A DNA stretch of 64,000 nt. Source: Eledone cirrhosa (taxonomy: Eukaryota). The stretch spans positions 183,458,001 through 183,522,000 of the forward strand of contig OZ024741.1 in assembly GCA_964016885.1 (NCBI GenBank), given 5' to 3'. The notes beneath the pieces were generated by a model. The model was given only the letters and a program-made list of their open reading frames with translations, was not told the DNA's origin and did not search any database. The position numbers and the translations under genes were made by a program. This document shows, piece after piece, positions 50,493-62,400 of this stretch (position 1 is its first letter; each line of letters opens with the position of its first letter).

Positions 50493-53400
50493 TCAGAACC
50501 CATTATCTGATGTTATCCTCGTTGGCTTTGTTTGAAATGTTGGTATTGATGACGCCTGTGCTGTTGATGGTGGTGTTGTTGGTGTTGATGGTGGTGTTGT
50601 TGGTGTTGATGGTGGTGTTGTTGGTGTTGATGGTGGTGTTGTTGGTGTTGATGGTGGTGTTGTTGGTGTTGATGGTGGCGTTGTTGGTGTTGATGGTGGC
50701 GTTGTTGGTGTTGATGGTGGCGTTGTTGGTGTTGATGGTGGTGTTGTTGGTGTTGATGTTGGTGTTGTTGGTGTTGATGGTAGCGTTGTTGGTGTTGATG
50801 GTGGTGTTGTTGGTGTTGAAGGTGGTGTTGTTGGTGTTGATGGTGGTGTTGTTGGTGTTGATGGTGGTGTTGTTATTATTGATAGTGGTGTTGCTGGTGT
50901 TGATGGTGGTGTTGTTGGTATTGATGGTGGTGTTGATGGTGGCTGTGGTGTTGGTGTTGATGGTGGCTGTGGTGTTGGTAGTGTTGATGGTGACTGTGGT
51001 GTTGATGGTGTTGATGGTGGCGTTGTTGGTGTTGATGGTGGCGTTGTTGGTGTTGATAGTGGCAGTGGTGTTGATGGTGGTGTTGTTGGTGTTGATGCTG
51101 GTGTTGTTTGTGTTGATGGTGGCGTTGTTGGTGTTGATGGTGGCGTTGTTGGTGTTGATGGTGGCGTTGTTGGTGTTGATGGTGGCGTTGTTGGTGTTGA
51201 TGGTGGTGTTGTTGGTGTTGATGGTGGCGTTGTTGGTGTTGATGGTGGCGTTGTTGGTGTTGATGGTGGCGTTGTTGGTGTTGATGGTGGTGTTGTTGGT
51301 GTTGATGGTGGCGTTGTTGGTGTTGATGGTGGTGTTGTTGGTGTTGATGGTGGCGTTGTTGGTGTTGATGGTGGTGTTGTTGGTGTTGATGGTGGCGTTG
51401 TTGGTGTTGATGGTGGCGTTGTTGGTGTTGATGGTGGTGTTGTTGGTGTTGATGGTGGTGTTGTTGGTGTTGATGGTGGTGTTGTTGGTGTTGATGGTGG
51501 TGTTGTTGGTGTTGATGGTGGCGTTGTTGGTGTTGATGGTGGTGTTGTTGGTGTTGATGGTGGCGTTGTTGGTGTTGATGGTGGCGTTGTTGGTGTTGAT
51601 GGTGGTGTTGTTGGTGTTGATGGTGGTGTTGTTGGTGTTGATGGTGGCGTTGTTGGTGTTGATGGTGGTGTTGTTGGTTTTGATGGTGGTGTTGTTGGTG
51701 TTGATGGTGGCGTTGTTGGTGTTGATGGTGGCGTTGTTGGTGTTGATGGTGGTGTTGTTGGTGTTGATGGTGGCGTTGTTGGTGTTGATGGTGGCGTTGT
51801 TGGTGTTGATGGTGGTGTTGTTGTTGTTGATGGTGGTGTTGTTGGTGTTGATGGTGGTGTTGTTGGTGTTGATGCTGGTGTTGTCGGTGTTGATGGTGGT
51901 GTTGTTGGTGTTGATGGTGGTGTTGTTGTTGTTGATGGTGGTGTTGTTGGTGTTGATGGTGGTGTTGTTGGTGTTGATGCTGGTGTTGTCGGTGTTGATG
52001 GTGGTGTTGTTGGTGTTGATGGTGGTGTTGTTGGTGTTGATGGTGGCGTTGTTGGTGTTGATGGTGGTGTTGTTGGTGTTGATGGTGGTGTTGTTGGTGT
52101 TATTGGTGTTGTTGGTGTTGATGGTGGTGTTGTTGGTGTTGATGGTGGCGTTGTTGGTGTTGATGGTGGTGTTGTTGGTGTTGATGGTGGCGTTGTTGGT
52201 GTTGATGGTGGTGTTGTTGGTGTTATTGGTGTTGATGGTGGTGTTGTTGGTGTTGATGGTGGTGTTGTTGGTGTTGATGCTGGTGTTGTCGGTGTTTTAG
52301 CTGGTGTTGTTGGTGTTGATGGTGGTGTTGTTGGTGTTGATGGTGGTGTTGTTGGTGTTGATGGTGGTGTTGTTGGTGTTGAAGATGGTGTTGTTGGTAT
52401 TGATGGTGGCGTTGTTGGTGTTGATGGTGGTGTTGTTGGTGTTGATGGTGGTGTTGTTGGTGTTATTGGTGTTGTTGGTGTTGATGGTGGTGTTGTTGGT
52501 GTTGATGCTGGTGTTGTCGGTGTTTTAGCTGGTGTTGTTGGTGTTGATGGTGGTGTTGTTGGTGTTGATGGTGGTGTTGTTGGTGTTGATGCTGGTGTTG
52601 TTGGTGTTGATGGTGGTGTTGTTGGTATTGATGGTGGCGTTGTTGGTGTTGATGGTGGTGTTGTTGGTGTTGATGCTGGTGTTGTTGGTGTTGATGGTGG
52701 TGTTGTTGGTGTTGATGGTGGTGTTGTTGGTGTTGATGGTGGCGTTGTTGGTGTTGATGGTGGTGTTGTTGGTGTTGATGGTGGCGTTGTTGGTGTTGAT
52801 GGTGGTGTTGTTGGTGTTGATGCTGGTGTTGTTGGTGTTGATGGTGGTGTTGTTGGTGTTGATGGTGGTGTTGTTGGTGTTGATGGTGGTGTTGTTGGTG
52901 TTGATGGTGGTGTTGTTGGTGTTGATGGTGGTGTTGTTGGTGTTGATGCTGGTGTTGTTGGTGTTGATGGTGGTGTTGTTGGTGTTGATGGTGGTGTTGT
53001 TGGTGTTGATGGTGGTGTTGTTGGTGTTGATGGTGGTGTTGTTGGTGTTGATGCTGGTGTTGTTGGTGTTGATGGTGGTGTTGTTGGTGCTGATGGTGGT
53101 GTTGTTGGTGTTGATGGTGGTGTTGTTGGTGTTGATGGTGGTGTTGTTGGTGTTGATGGTGGTGTTGTTGGTGTTGATGGTGGCGTTGTTGGTGTTGATG
53201 GTGGTGTTGTTGGTGTTGATGGTGGCGTTGTTGGTGTTGATGGTGGCGTTGTTGGTGTTGATGGTGGTGTTGTTGGTGTTGATGGTGGTGTTGTTGGTGT
53301 TGATGGTGGCGTTGTTGGTGTTGATGGTGGTGTTGTTGGTGTTGATGGTGGTGTTGTTGGTGTTGATGGTGGTGTTGTTGGTATTGATGGTGGCGTTGTT

Positions 53401-56400
53401 GGTGTTGATGGTGGTGTTGTTGGTGTTGATGGTGGTGTTGTTGGTGTTGATGGTGGCTTTGTTGGTGTTGATGGTGGCGTTGTTGGTGTTGATGGTGGTG
53501 TTGTTGGTGTTGATGCTGGTGTTGTTGGTGTTGATGGTGGCGTTGTTGGTGTTGATGGTGGTGTTGTTGGTGTTGATGGTGGTGTTGTTGGTGTTGATGG
53601 TGGCTTTGTTGGTGTTGATGGTGGCGTTGTTGGTGTTGATGGTGGTGTTGTTGGTGTTGATGCTGGTGTTGTTGGTGTTGATGGTGGCGTTGTTGGTGTT
53701 GATGGTGGTGTTGTTGGTGTTGATGGTGGTGTTGTTGGTGTTGATGGTGGTGTTGTTGGTGTTGATGGTGGTGTTGTTGGTGTTGATGGTGGTGTTGTTT
53801 GTGCTGATGGTGGTGTTGTTGGTGTTGATGGTGGTGTTGTTGGTGTTGATGGTGGTGTTGTTGGTGTTGATGGTGGTGTTGTTGGTGTTGATGGTGGCGT
53901 TGTTGGTGTTGATGGTGGTGTTGTTGGTGTTGATGGTGGTGTTGTTGGTGTTGATGGTGGCGTTGTTGGTGTTGATGAAGGTGTTGTTGGTGTTGATGGT
54001 GGTGTTGTTGGTGTTGATGCAGGTGTTGTTGGTATTGATGGTGGTGTTGTTGGTGTTGATGGTGGTGTTGATGGTGTTGGTGGTGGTGTTGTTGGTGATG
54101 ATGGTGGTGTTGATGGTGTTGATGGTGTTGATGGTGGTGTTGTTGGTGTTGATGCTGGTGTTGTTGGTGTTGATGGTGGCGTTGTTGGTGTTGATGGTGG
54201 TGTTGTTGGTGTTGATGGTGGTGTTGTTGGTGTTGATGGTGGCTTTGTTGGTGTTGATGGTGGCGTTGTTGGTGTTGATGGTGGTGTTGTTGGTGTTGAT
54301 GCTGGTGTTGTTGGTGTTGATGGTGGCGTTGTTGGTGTTGATGGTGGTGTTGTTGGTGTTGATGGTGGTGTTGTTGGTGTTGATGGTGGCTTTGTTGGTG
54401 TTGATGGTGGCGTTGTTGGTGTTGATGGTGGTGTTGTTGGTGTTGATGCTGGTGTTGTTGGTGTTGATGGTGGCGTTGTTGGTGTTGATGGTGGTGTTGT
54501 TGGTGTTGATGGTGGTGTTGTTGGTGTTGATGGTGGTGTTGTTGGTGTTGATGGTGGTGTTGTTGGTGTTGATGGTGGTGTTGTTTGTGCTGATGGTGGT
54601 GTTGTTGGTGTTGATGGTGGTGTTGTTGGTGTTGATGGTGGTGTTGTTGGTGTTGATGGTGGTGTTGTTGGTGTTGATGGTGGCGTTGTTGGTGTTGATG
54701 GTGGTGTTGTTGGTGTTGATGGTGGTGTTGTTGGTGTTGATGGTGGCGTTGTTGGTGTTGATGAAGGTGTTGTTGGTGTTGATGGTGGTGTTGTTGGTGT
54801 TGATGCAGGTGTTGTTGGTATTGATGGTGGTGTTGTTGGTGTTGATGGTGGTGTTGATGGTGTTGGTGGTGGTGTTGTTGGTGTTGATGGTGGTGTTGAT
54901 GGTGTTGATGGTGTTGATGGTGGTGTTGTTGGTGTTGTTGGTGTTGATGCTGGTGTTGTTGGTGTTGATGGTGGTGTTGTTGGTGTTGATGGTGGTGTTG
55001 TTGGTGTTGATGGTGGTGTTGTTGGTGTTGATGGTGGTGTTGTTGGTGTTGATGGTGGCGTTGATGGTGTTGATGGTGGTGTTGTTGGTGTTGATGGTGG
55101 TGTTGTTGGTGTTGATGGTGGTGTTGTTGGTGTTGATGGTGGTGTTGTTGGTGTTGATGGTGGCGTTGTTGGTGTTGATGAAGGTGTTGTTGGTGTTGAT
55201 GGTGGTGTTGTTAGTGTTGATGGTGGTGTTGTTGGTGTTGATGGTGGCGTTGTTGGTGTTGATGGTGGTGTTGTTTGTGTTGATGGTGGTGTTGTTGGTG
55301 TTGATAGTGGCAGTGGTGTTGATGGTGGTGTTGTTGGTGTTGATGCTGGTGTTGTTGGTGTTGATGGTGGCGTTGTTGGTGTTGATGGTGGCGTTGTTGG
55401 TGTTGATGGTGGTGTTGTTGTTGTTGATGGTAGTGTTGTTGGTGTTGATGGTGGTGTTGTTGGTGTTGATGGTGGCGTTGTTGGTGTTGAAGGTGGTGTT
55501 GTTGGTGTTGATGGTGGTGTTGTTGGTGTTGATGGTGGTGTTGTTGGTGTTGATGGTGGCGTTGTTGGTGTTGATGGTGGCGTTGTTGGTGTTGATGGTG
55601 GTGTTGTTGGTGTTGATGGTGGCGTTGTTGGTGTTGATGGTGGTGTTGTTGGTGTTGATGGTGGCGTTGTTGGTGTTGATGGGGGTGTTGCTGGTGTTGA
55701 TGGTGGCGTTGTTGGTGTTGATGGTGGTGTTGTTGGTGTTGATGGTGGTGTTGTTGGTGTTGATGGTGGTGTTGTTGGTGTTGATGGTGGTGTTGTTGGT
55801 ATTGATGGTGGCGTTGTTGGTGTTGATGGTGGCGTTGTTGGTGTTGATGGTGGTGTTGTTGGTGTTGATGGTGGTGTTGTTGGTGTTGATGGTGGCGTTG
55901 TTGGTGTTGATGGTGGTGTTGTTGGTGTTGATGGTGGTGTTGTTGGTGTTGATGGTGGTGTTGTTGGTATTGATGGTGGCGTTGTTGGTGTTGATGGTGG
56001 TGTTGTTGGTGTTGATGGTGGCGTTGTTGGTGTTGATGGTGGCGTTGTTGGTGTTGATGGTGGTGTTGTTGGTGTTGATGGTGGTGTTGTTGGTGTTGAT
56101 GGTGGTGTTGTTGATGGTGGTGTTGTTGGTGTTGATGGTGGTGTTGTTTGTGCTGATGGTGGTGTTGTTGGTGTTGATGGTGGTGTTGTTGGTGTTGATG
56201 GTGGTGTTGTTGGTGTTGATGGTGGTGTTGTTGGTGTTGATGGTGGCGTTGTTGGTGTTGATGGTGGTGTTGTTGGTGTTGATGGTGGTGTTGTTGGTGT
56301 TGATGGTGGCGTTGTTGGTGTTGATGAAGGTGTTGTTGGTGTTGATGGTGGTGTTGTTGGTGTTGATGCAGGTGTTGTTGGTATTGATGGTGGTGTTGTT

Positions 56401-59400
56401 GGTGTTGATGGTGGTGTTGATGGTGTTGGTGGTGGTGTTGTTGGTGTTGATGGTGGTGTTGATGGTGTTGATGGTGTTGATGGTGGTGTTGTTAGTGTTG
56501 TTGGTGTTGATACTGGTGTTGTTGGTGTTGATGGTGGTGTTGTTGGTGTTGATGGTGGTGTTGTTGGTGTTGATGGTGGTGTTGTTGGTGTTGATGGTGG
56601 TGTTGTTGGTGTTGATGGTGGCGTTGATGGTGTTGATGGTGGTGTTGTTGGTGTTGATGGTGGTGTTGTTGGTGTTGATGGTGGTGTTGTTGGTGTTGAT
56701 GGTGGTGTTGTTGGTGTTGATGGTGGCGTTGTTGGTGTTGATGAAGGTGTTGTTGGTGTTGATGGTGGTGTTGTTAGTGTTGATGGTGGTGTTGTTGGTG
56801 TTGATGGTGGCGTTGTTGGTGTTGATGGTGGTGTTGTTTGTGTTGATGGTGGTGTTGTTGGTGTTGCTGGTGGTGTTGTTGGTGTTGATGGTGGTGTTGT
56901 TGGTGTTGATGGTGGCGTTGATGGTGTTGATGGTGGTGTTGTTGGTGTTGATGGTGGTGTTGTTGGTGTTGATGGTGGTGTTGTTGGTGTTGATGAAGGT
57001 GTTGTTGGTGTTGATGGTGGTGTTGTTTGTGTTGATGGTGGTGTTGTTTGTGTTGATGGTGGTGTAGTTGGTGTTGATGGTGGTGTTGATGGTGTTGATG
57101 GTGGTGTTGTTGGTGTTGATGGTGATGTTGTTGGTGTTGATGGTGGCGTTGATGGTGTTGATGGTGGCGTTGTTGGTGTTGATGAAGGTGTTGTTGGTGT
57201 TGATGGTGGTATTATTTGTGTTGATGGTGGTGTTGTTGGTGTTGATGGTGGTGTTGATGGTGTTGATGGTGGTGTTGTTGGTGTTGATGGTGGTGTTGTT
57301 GGTGTTGATGGTGGTATTGTTGGTGTTGATGGTGGCGTTGATGGTGTTGATGGTGGTGTTGTTGGTGTTGATGGTGGTGTTGTTGGTGTTGATGGTGGCG
57401 CTGTTGGTGTTGATGAAGGTGTTGTTGGTGTTGATGGTGGTGTTGTTTGTGTTGATGGTGGTGTTGTTGGTGTTGATGGTGGCGTTGTTGGTGTTGATGG
57501 TGGTGTTGTTGGTGTTGATGGTGGTGTTGTTGGTGTTGATGGTGGTGTTGTTGGTGTTGATGGTGGTGTTGTTGGTGTTGATGGTGGTGTTGTTGGTGTT
57601 GATGGTGGTGTTGTTGGTGTTGATGGTGGTGTTGTTGGTGTTGATGGTGGTGTTGTTGGTATTGATGGTGGCGTTGTTGGTGTTGATGGTGGTGTTGTTG
57701 GTGTTGATGGTGGCGTTGTTGGTGTTGATGGTGGTGTTGTTGGTGTTGATGGTGGCGTTGTTGGTGTTGATGGTGGCGTTGTTGGTGTTGATGGTGGTGT
57801 TGTTGGTGTTGATGGTGGTGTTGTTGGTGTTGATGGTGGCGTTGTTGGTGTTGATGGTGGTGTTGTTGGTGTTGATGGTGGCGTTGTTGGTGTTGATGGT
57901 GGTGTTGTTGGTGTTGATGGTGGCGTTGTTGGTGTTGATGGTGGTGTTGTTGGTGTTGATGGTGGCGTTGTTGGTATTGATGGTGGCGTTGTTGGTGTTG
58001 ATGGTGGTGTTGTTGGTGTTGATGCTGGTGTTGTTGGTGTTGATGGTGGTGTTGTTGGTGTTGATGGTGGCGTTGTTGGTGTTGATGGTGGTGTTGTTGG
58101 TGTTGATGGTGGCGTTGTTGGTGTTGATGGTGGTGTTGTTGGTGTTGATGGTGGCGTTGTTGGTGTTGATGGTGGTGTTGTTGGTGTTGATGTTGGTGTT
58201 GTTGGTGTTGATGGTAGCGTTGTTGGTGTTGATGGTGGTGTTGTTGGTGTTGAAGGTGGTGTTGTTGGTGTTGATGGTGGTGTTGTTGGTGTTGATGGTG
58301 GCGTTGTTGGTGTTGATGGTGGTGTTGTTGGTGTTGATGCTGGTGTTGTTGGTGTTGATGGTGGTGTTGTTGGTGTTGATGGTGGTGTTGTTGGTGTTGA
58401 TGGTGGTGTTGTTGGTGTTGATGGTGGTGTTGTTTGTGCTGATGGTGGCGTTGTTGGTGTTGATGGTGGTGTTGTTGGTGTTGATGGTGGTGTTGTTGGT
58501 GTTGATGGTGGCGTTGTTGGTGTTGATGAAGGTGTTGTTGGTGTTGATGGTGGTGTTGTTGGTGTTGATGCTGGTGTTGTTGGTGTTGATGGTGGTGTTG
58601 TTGGTGTTGATGGTGGTGTTGATGGTGTTGGTGGTGGTGTTGTTGGTGTTGATGGTGGTGTTGATGGTGTTGATGGTGGTGTCGTTGGTGTTGTTGGTGT
58701 TGATGCTGGTGTTGTTGGTGTTGATGGTGGTGTTGTTGGTGTTGATGGTGGTGTTGTTAGTGTTGATGGTGGTGTTTTTGGTGTTGATGGTGGCGTTGTT
58801 GGTGTTGATGGTGGTGTTGTTTGTGTTGATGGTGGTGTTGTTGGTGTTGCTGGTGGTGTTGTTGGTGTTGATGGTGGTGTTGTTGGTGTTGATGGTGGCG
58901 TTGTTGGTGTTGATGGTGGTGTTGTTTGTGTTGATGGTGGTGTTGTTGGTGTTGATGGTGGTGTTGTTGGTGTTGATGGTGGTGTTGTTGGTGTTGATCG
59001 TGGTGTTGTTGGTGTTGATGGTGGTGTTGTTGGTGTTGATGGTGGTGTTGTTGGTGTTGATGGTGGTGTTGTTGGTATTGATGGTGGCGTTGTTGGTGTT
59101 GATGGTGGTGTTGTTGGTGTTGATGGTGGCGTTGTTGGTGTTGATGGTGGTGTTGTTGGTGTTGATGGTGGCGTTGTTGGTGTTGATGGTGGCGTTGTTG
59201 GTGTTGATGGTGGTGTTGTTGGTGTTGATGGTGGTGTTGTTGGTGTTGATGGTGGCGTTGTTGGTGTTGATGGTGGTGTTGTTGGTGTTGATGGTGGCGT
59301 TGTTGGTGTTGATGGTGGTGTTGTTGGTGTTGATGGTGGCGTTGTTGGTGTTGATGGTGGTGTTGTTGGTGTTGATGGTGGGGTTGTTGGTATTGATGGT

Positions 59401-62400
59401 GGCGTTGTTGGTGTTGATGGTGGTGTTGTTGGTGTTGATGCTGGTGTTGTTGGTGTTGATGGTGGTGTTGTTGGTGTTGATGGTGGCGTTGTTGGTGTTG
59501 ATGGTGGTGTTGTTGGTGTTGATGGTGGCGTTGTTGGTGTTGATGGTGGTGTTGTTGGTGTTGATGGTGGCGTTGTTGGTGTTGATGGTGGTGTTGTTGG
59601 TGTTGATGTTGGTGTTGTTGGTGTTGATGGTAGCGTTGTTGGTGTTGATGGTGGTGTTGTTGGTGTTGAAGGTGGTGTTGTTGGTGTTGATGGTGGTGTT
59701 GTTGGTGTTGATGGTGGCGTTGTTGGTGTTGATGGTGGTGTTGTTGGTGTTGATGCTGGTGTTGTTGGTGTTGATGGTGGTGTTGTTGGTGTTGATGGTG
59801 GTGTTGTTGGTGTTGATGGTGGTGTTGTTGGTGTTGATGGTGGTGTTGTTTGTGCTGATGGTGGCGTTGTTGGTGTTGATGGTGGTGTTGTTGGTGTTGA
59901 TGGTGGTGTTGTTGGTGTTGATGGTGGCGTTGTTGGTGTTGATGAAGGTGTTGTTGGTGTTGATGGTGGTGTTGTTGGTGTTGATGCTGGTGTTGTTGGT
60001 GTTGATGGTGGTGTTGTTGGTGTTGATGGTGGTGTTGATGGTGTTGGTGGTGGTGTTGTTGGTGTTGATGGTGGTGTTGATGGTGTTGATGGTGGTGCCG
60101 TTGGTGTTGTTGGTGTTGATGCTGGTGTTGTTGGTGTTGATGGTGGTGTTGTTGGTGTTGATGGTGGTGTTGTTAGTGTTGATGGTGGTGTTTTTGGTGT
60201 TGATGGTGGCGTTGTTGGTGTTGATGGTGGTGTTGTTTGTGTTGATGGTGGTGTTGTTGGTGTTGCTGGTGGTGTTGTTGGTGTTGATGGTGGTGTGGTT
60301 GGTGTTGATGGTGGCGTTGTTGGTGTTGATGGTGGTGTTGTTTGTGTTGATGGTGGTGTTGTTGGTGTTGATGGTGGTGTTGTTGGTGTTGATGGTGGTG
60401 TTGTTGGTGTTGATGGTGGTGTTGTTGGTGTTGATGGTGGCGTTGATGGTGTTGATGGTGGTGTTGTTGGTGTTGATGGTGGTGTTGTTGGTGTTGATGG
60501 TGGTGTTGTTGGTGTTGATGAAGGTGTTGTTGGTGTTGATGGTGATGTTGTTTGTGTTGATGGTGGTGTTGTTTGTGTTGATGGTGGTGTAGTTGGTGTT
60601 GATGGTGGTGTTGATGGTGTTGATGGTGGTGTTGTTGGTGTTGATGGTGATGTTGTTGGTGTTGATGGTGGCGTTGATGGTGTTGATGGTGGCGTTGTTG
60701 GTGTTGATGAAGGTGTTGTTGGTGTTGATGGTGGTATTGTTTGTGTTGATGGTGGTGTTGTTGGTGTTGATGGTGGTGTTGATGGTGTTGATGGTGGTGT
60801 TATTGGTGTTGATGGTGGTGTTGTTGGTGTTGATGGTGGTATTGTTGGTGTTGATGGTGGCGTTGATGGTGTTGATGGTGGTGTTGTTGGTGTTGATGGT
60901 GGTGTTGTTGGTGTTGATGGTGGCGTTGTTGGTGTTGATGAAGGTGTTGTTGGTGTTGATTGTGGTGTTATTTGTGTTGATGGTGGTGTTGTTGGTGTTG
61001 ATGGTGGTGTTGATGGAGTTGATGGTGGTGTTGTTGGTGTTGATGGTGGCGTTGTTGGTGTTGATGGTGATGCTGTTGGTGTTGATGGTGGTGTTGTTGG
61101 TGTTGATGGTGGTGTTGTTGGTGTTGATGGTGGTGTTGTTGGTGTTGATGGTGGTGTTGTTGGTGTTGATGGTGGTGTTGTTGGTGTTGATGGTGGCGTT
61201 GATGGTGTTGATGGTGGTGTTGTTGGTGTTGATGGTGGTGTTGTTGGTATTGATGGTGGTGTTGTTTGTGTTGATGGTGGTGTTGTTGGTGTTGATGGTG
61301 GCGTTGATGGTGTTGATGGTGGTGTTGTTGGTGTTGATGGTGGTGTTGTTGGTGTTGATGGTGGCGTTGTTGGTGTTGATGAAGGTGTTGTTGGTGTTGA
61401 TGGTGGTGTTGTTAGTGTTGATGGTGGTGTTGTTGGTGTTGATGGTGGCGTTGTTGGTGTTGATGGTGGTGTTGTTGGTGTTGATGGTGGTGTTGTTGGT
61501 GTTGATGGTGGTGTTGTTGGTGTTGATGGTGGTGTTGTTGGTGTTGATGGTGGCGTTGTTGGTGTTGATGGTGGTGTTGTTTGTGTTGATGGTTGTGTTG
61601 TTGGTGTTGCTGGTGGTGTTGTTGGTGTTGATGGTGGTGTTGTTGGTGTTGATGGTGGTGTTGTTGGTGTTGATGAAGGTGTTGTTGGTGTTGCTGGTGG
61701 TGTTGTTGGTGTTGATGGTGGTGTTGTTGGTGTTGATGAAGGTGTTGTTTGTGTTGATGGTGGTGTTGTTGGTGTTGCTGGTGGTGTTGTTGGTGTTGAT
61801 GGTGGTGTTGTTGGTGTTGATGGTGGCGTTGTTTGTGTTGATGTTGGTGTTGTTGGTGTTGCTGGTGGTGTTGTTGGTGTTGATGGTGGTGTTGTTGGTG
61901 TTGATGGTGGCGTTGTTGGTGTTGATGGTGGTGTTGTTTGTGTTGATGGTGGTGTTGTTGGTGTTGATGGTGGTGTTGTTGTTGTTGATGGTGGTGTTGT
62001 TGGTGTTGATGGTGGCGTTGATGGTGTTGATGGTGGTGTTGTTGGTGTTGATGGTGGTGTTGTTGGTGTTGATGGTGGTGTTGTTGGTGTTGATGAAGGT
62101 GTTGTTGGTGTTGATGGTGGTGTTGTTTGTGTTGATGGTGGTGTTGTTTGTGTTGATGGTGGTGTAGTTGGTGTTGATGGTGGTGTTGATGGTGTTGATG
62201 GTGGTGTTGTTGGTGTTGATGGTGATGTTGTTGGTGTTGATGGTGGCGTAGATGGTGTTGATGGTGGCGTTGTTGGTGTTGATGAAGGTGTTGTTGGTGT
62301 TGATGGTGGTATTATTTGTGTTGATGGTGGTGTTGTTGATGTTGATGGTGGTGTTGTTGGTGTTGATGGTGGTGTTGATGGTGTTGATGGTGGTGTTGTT

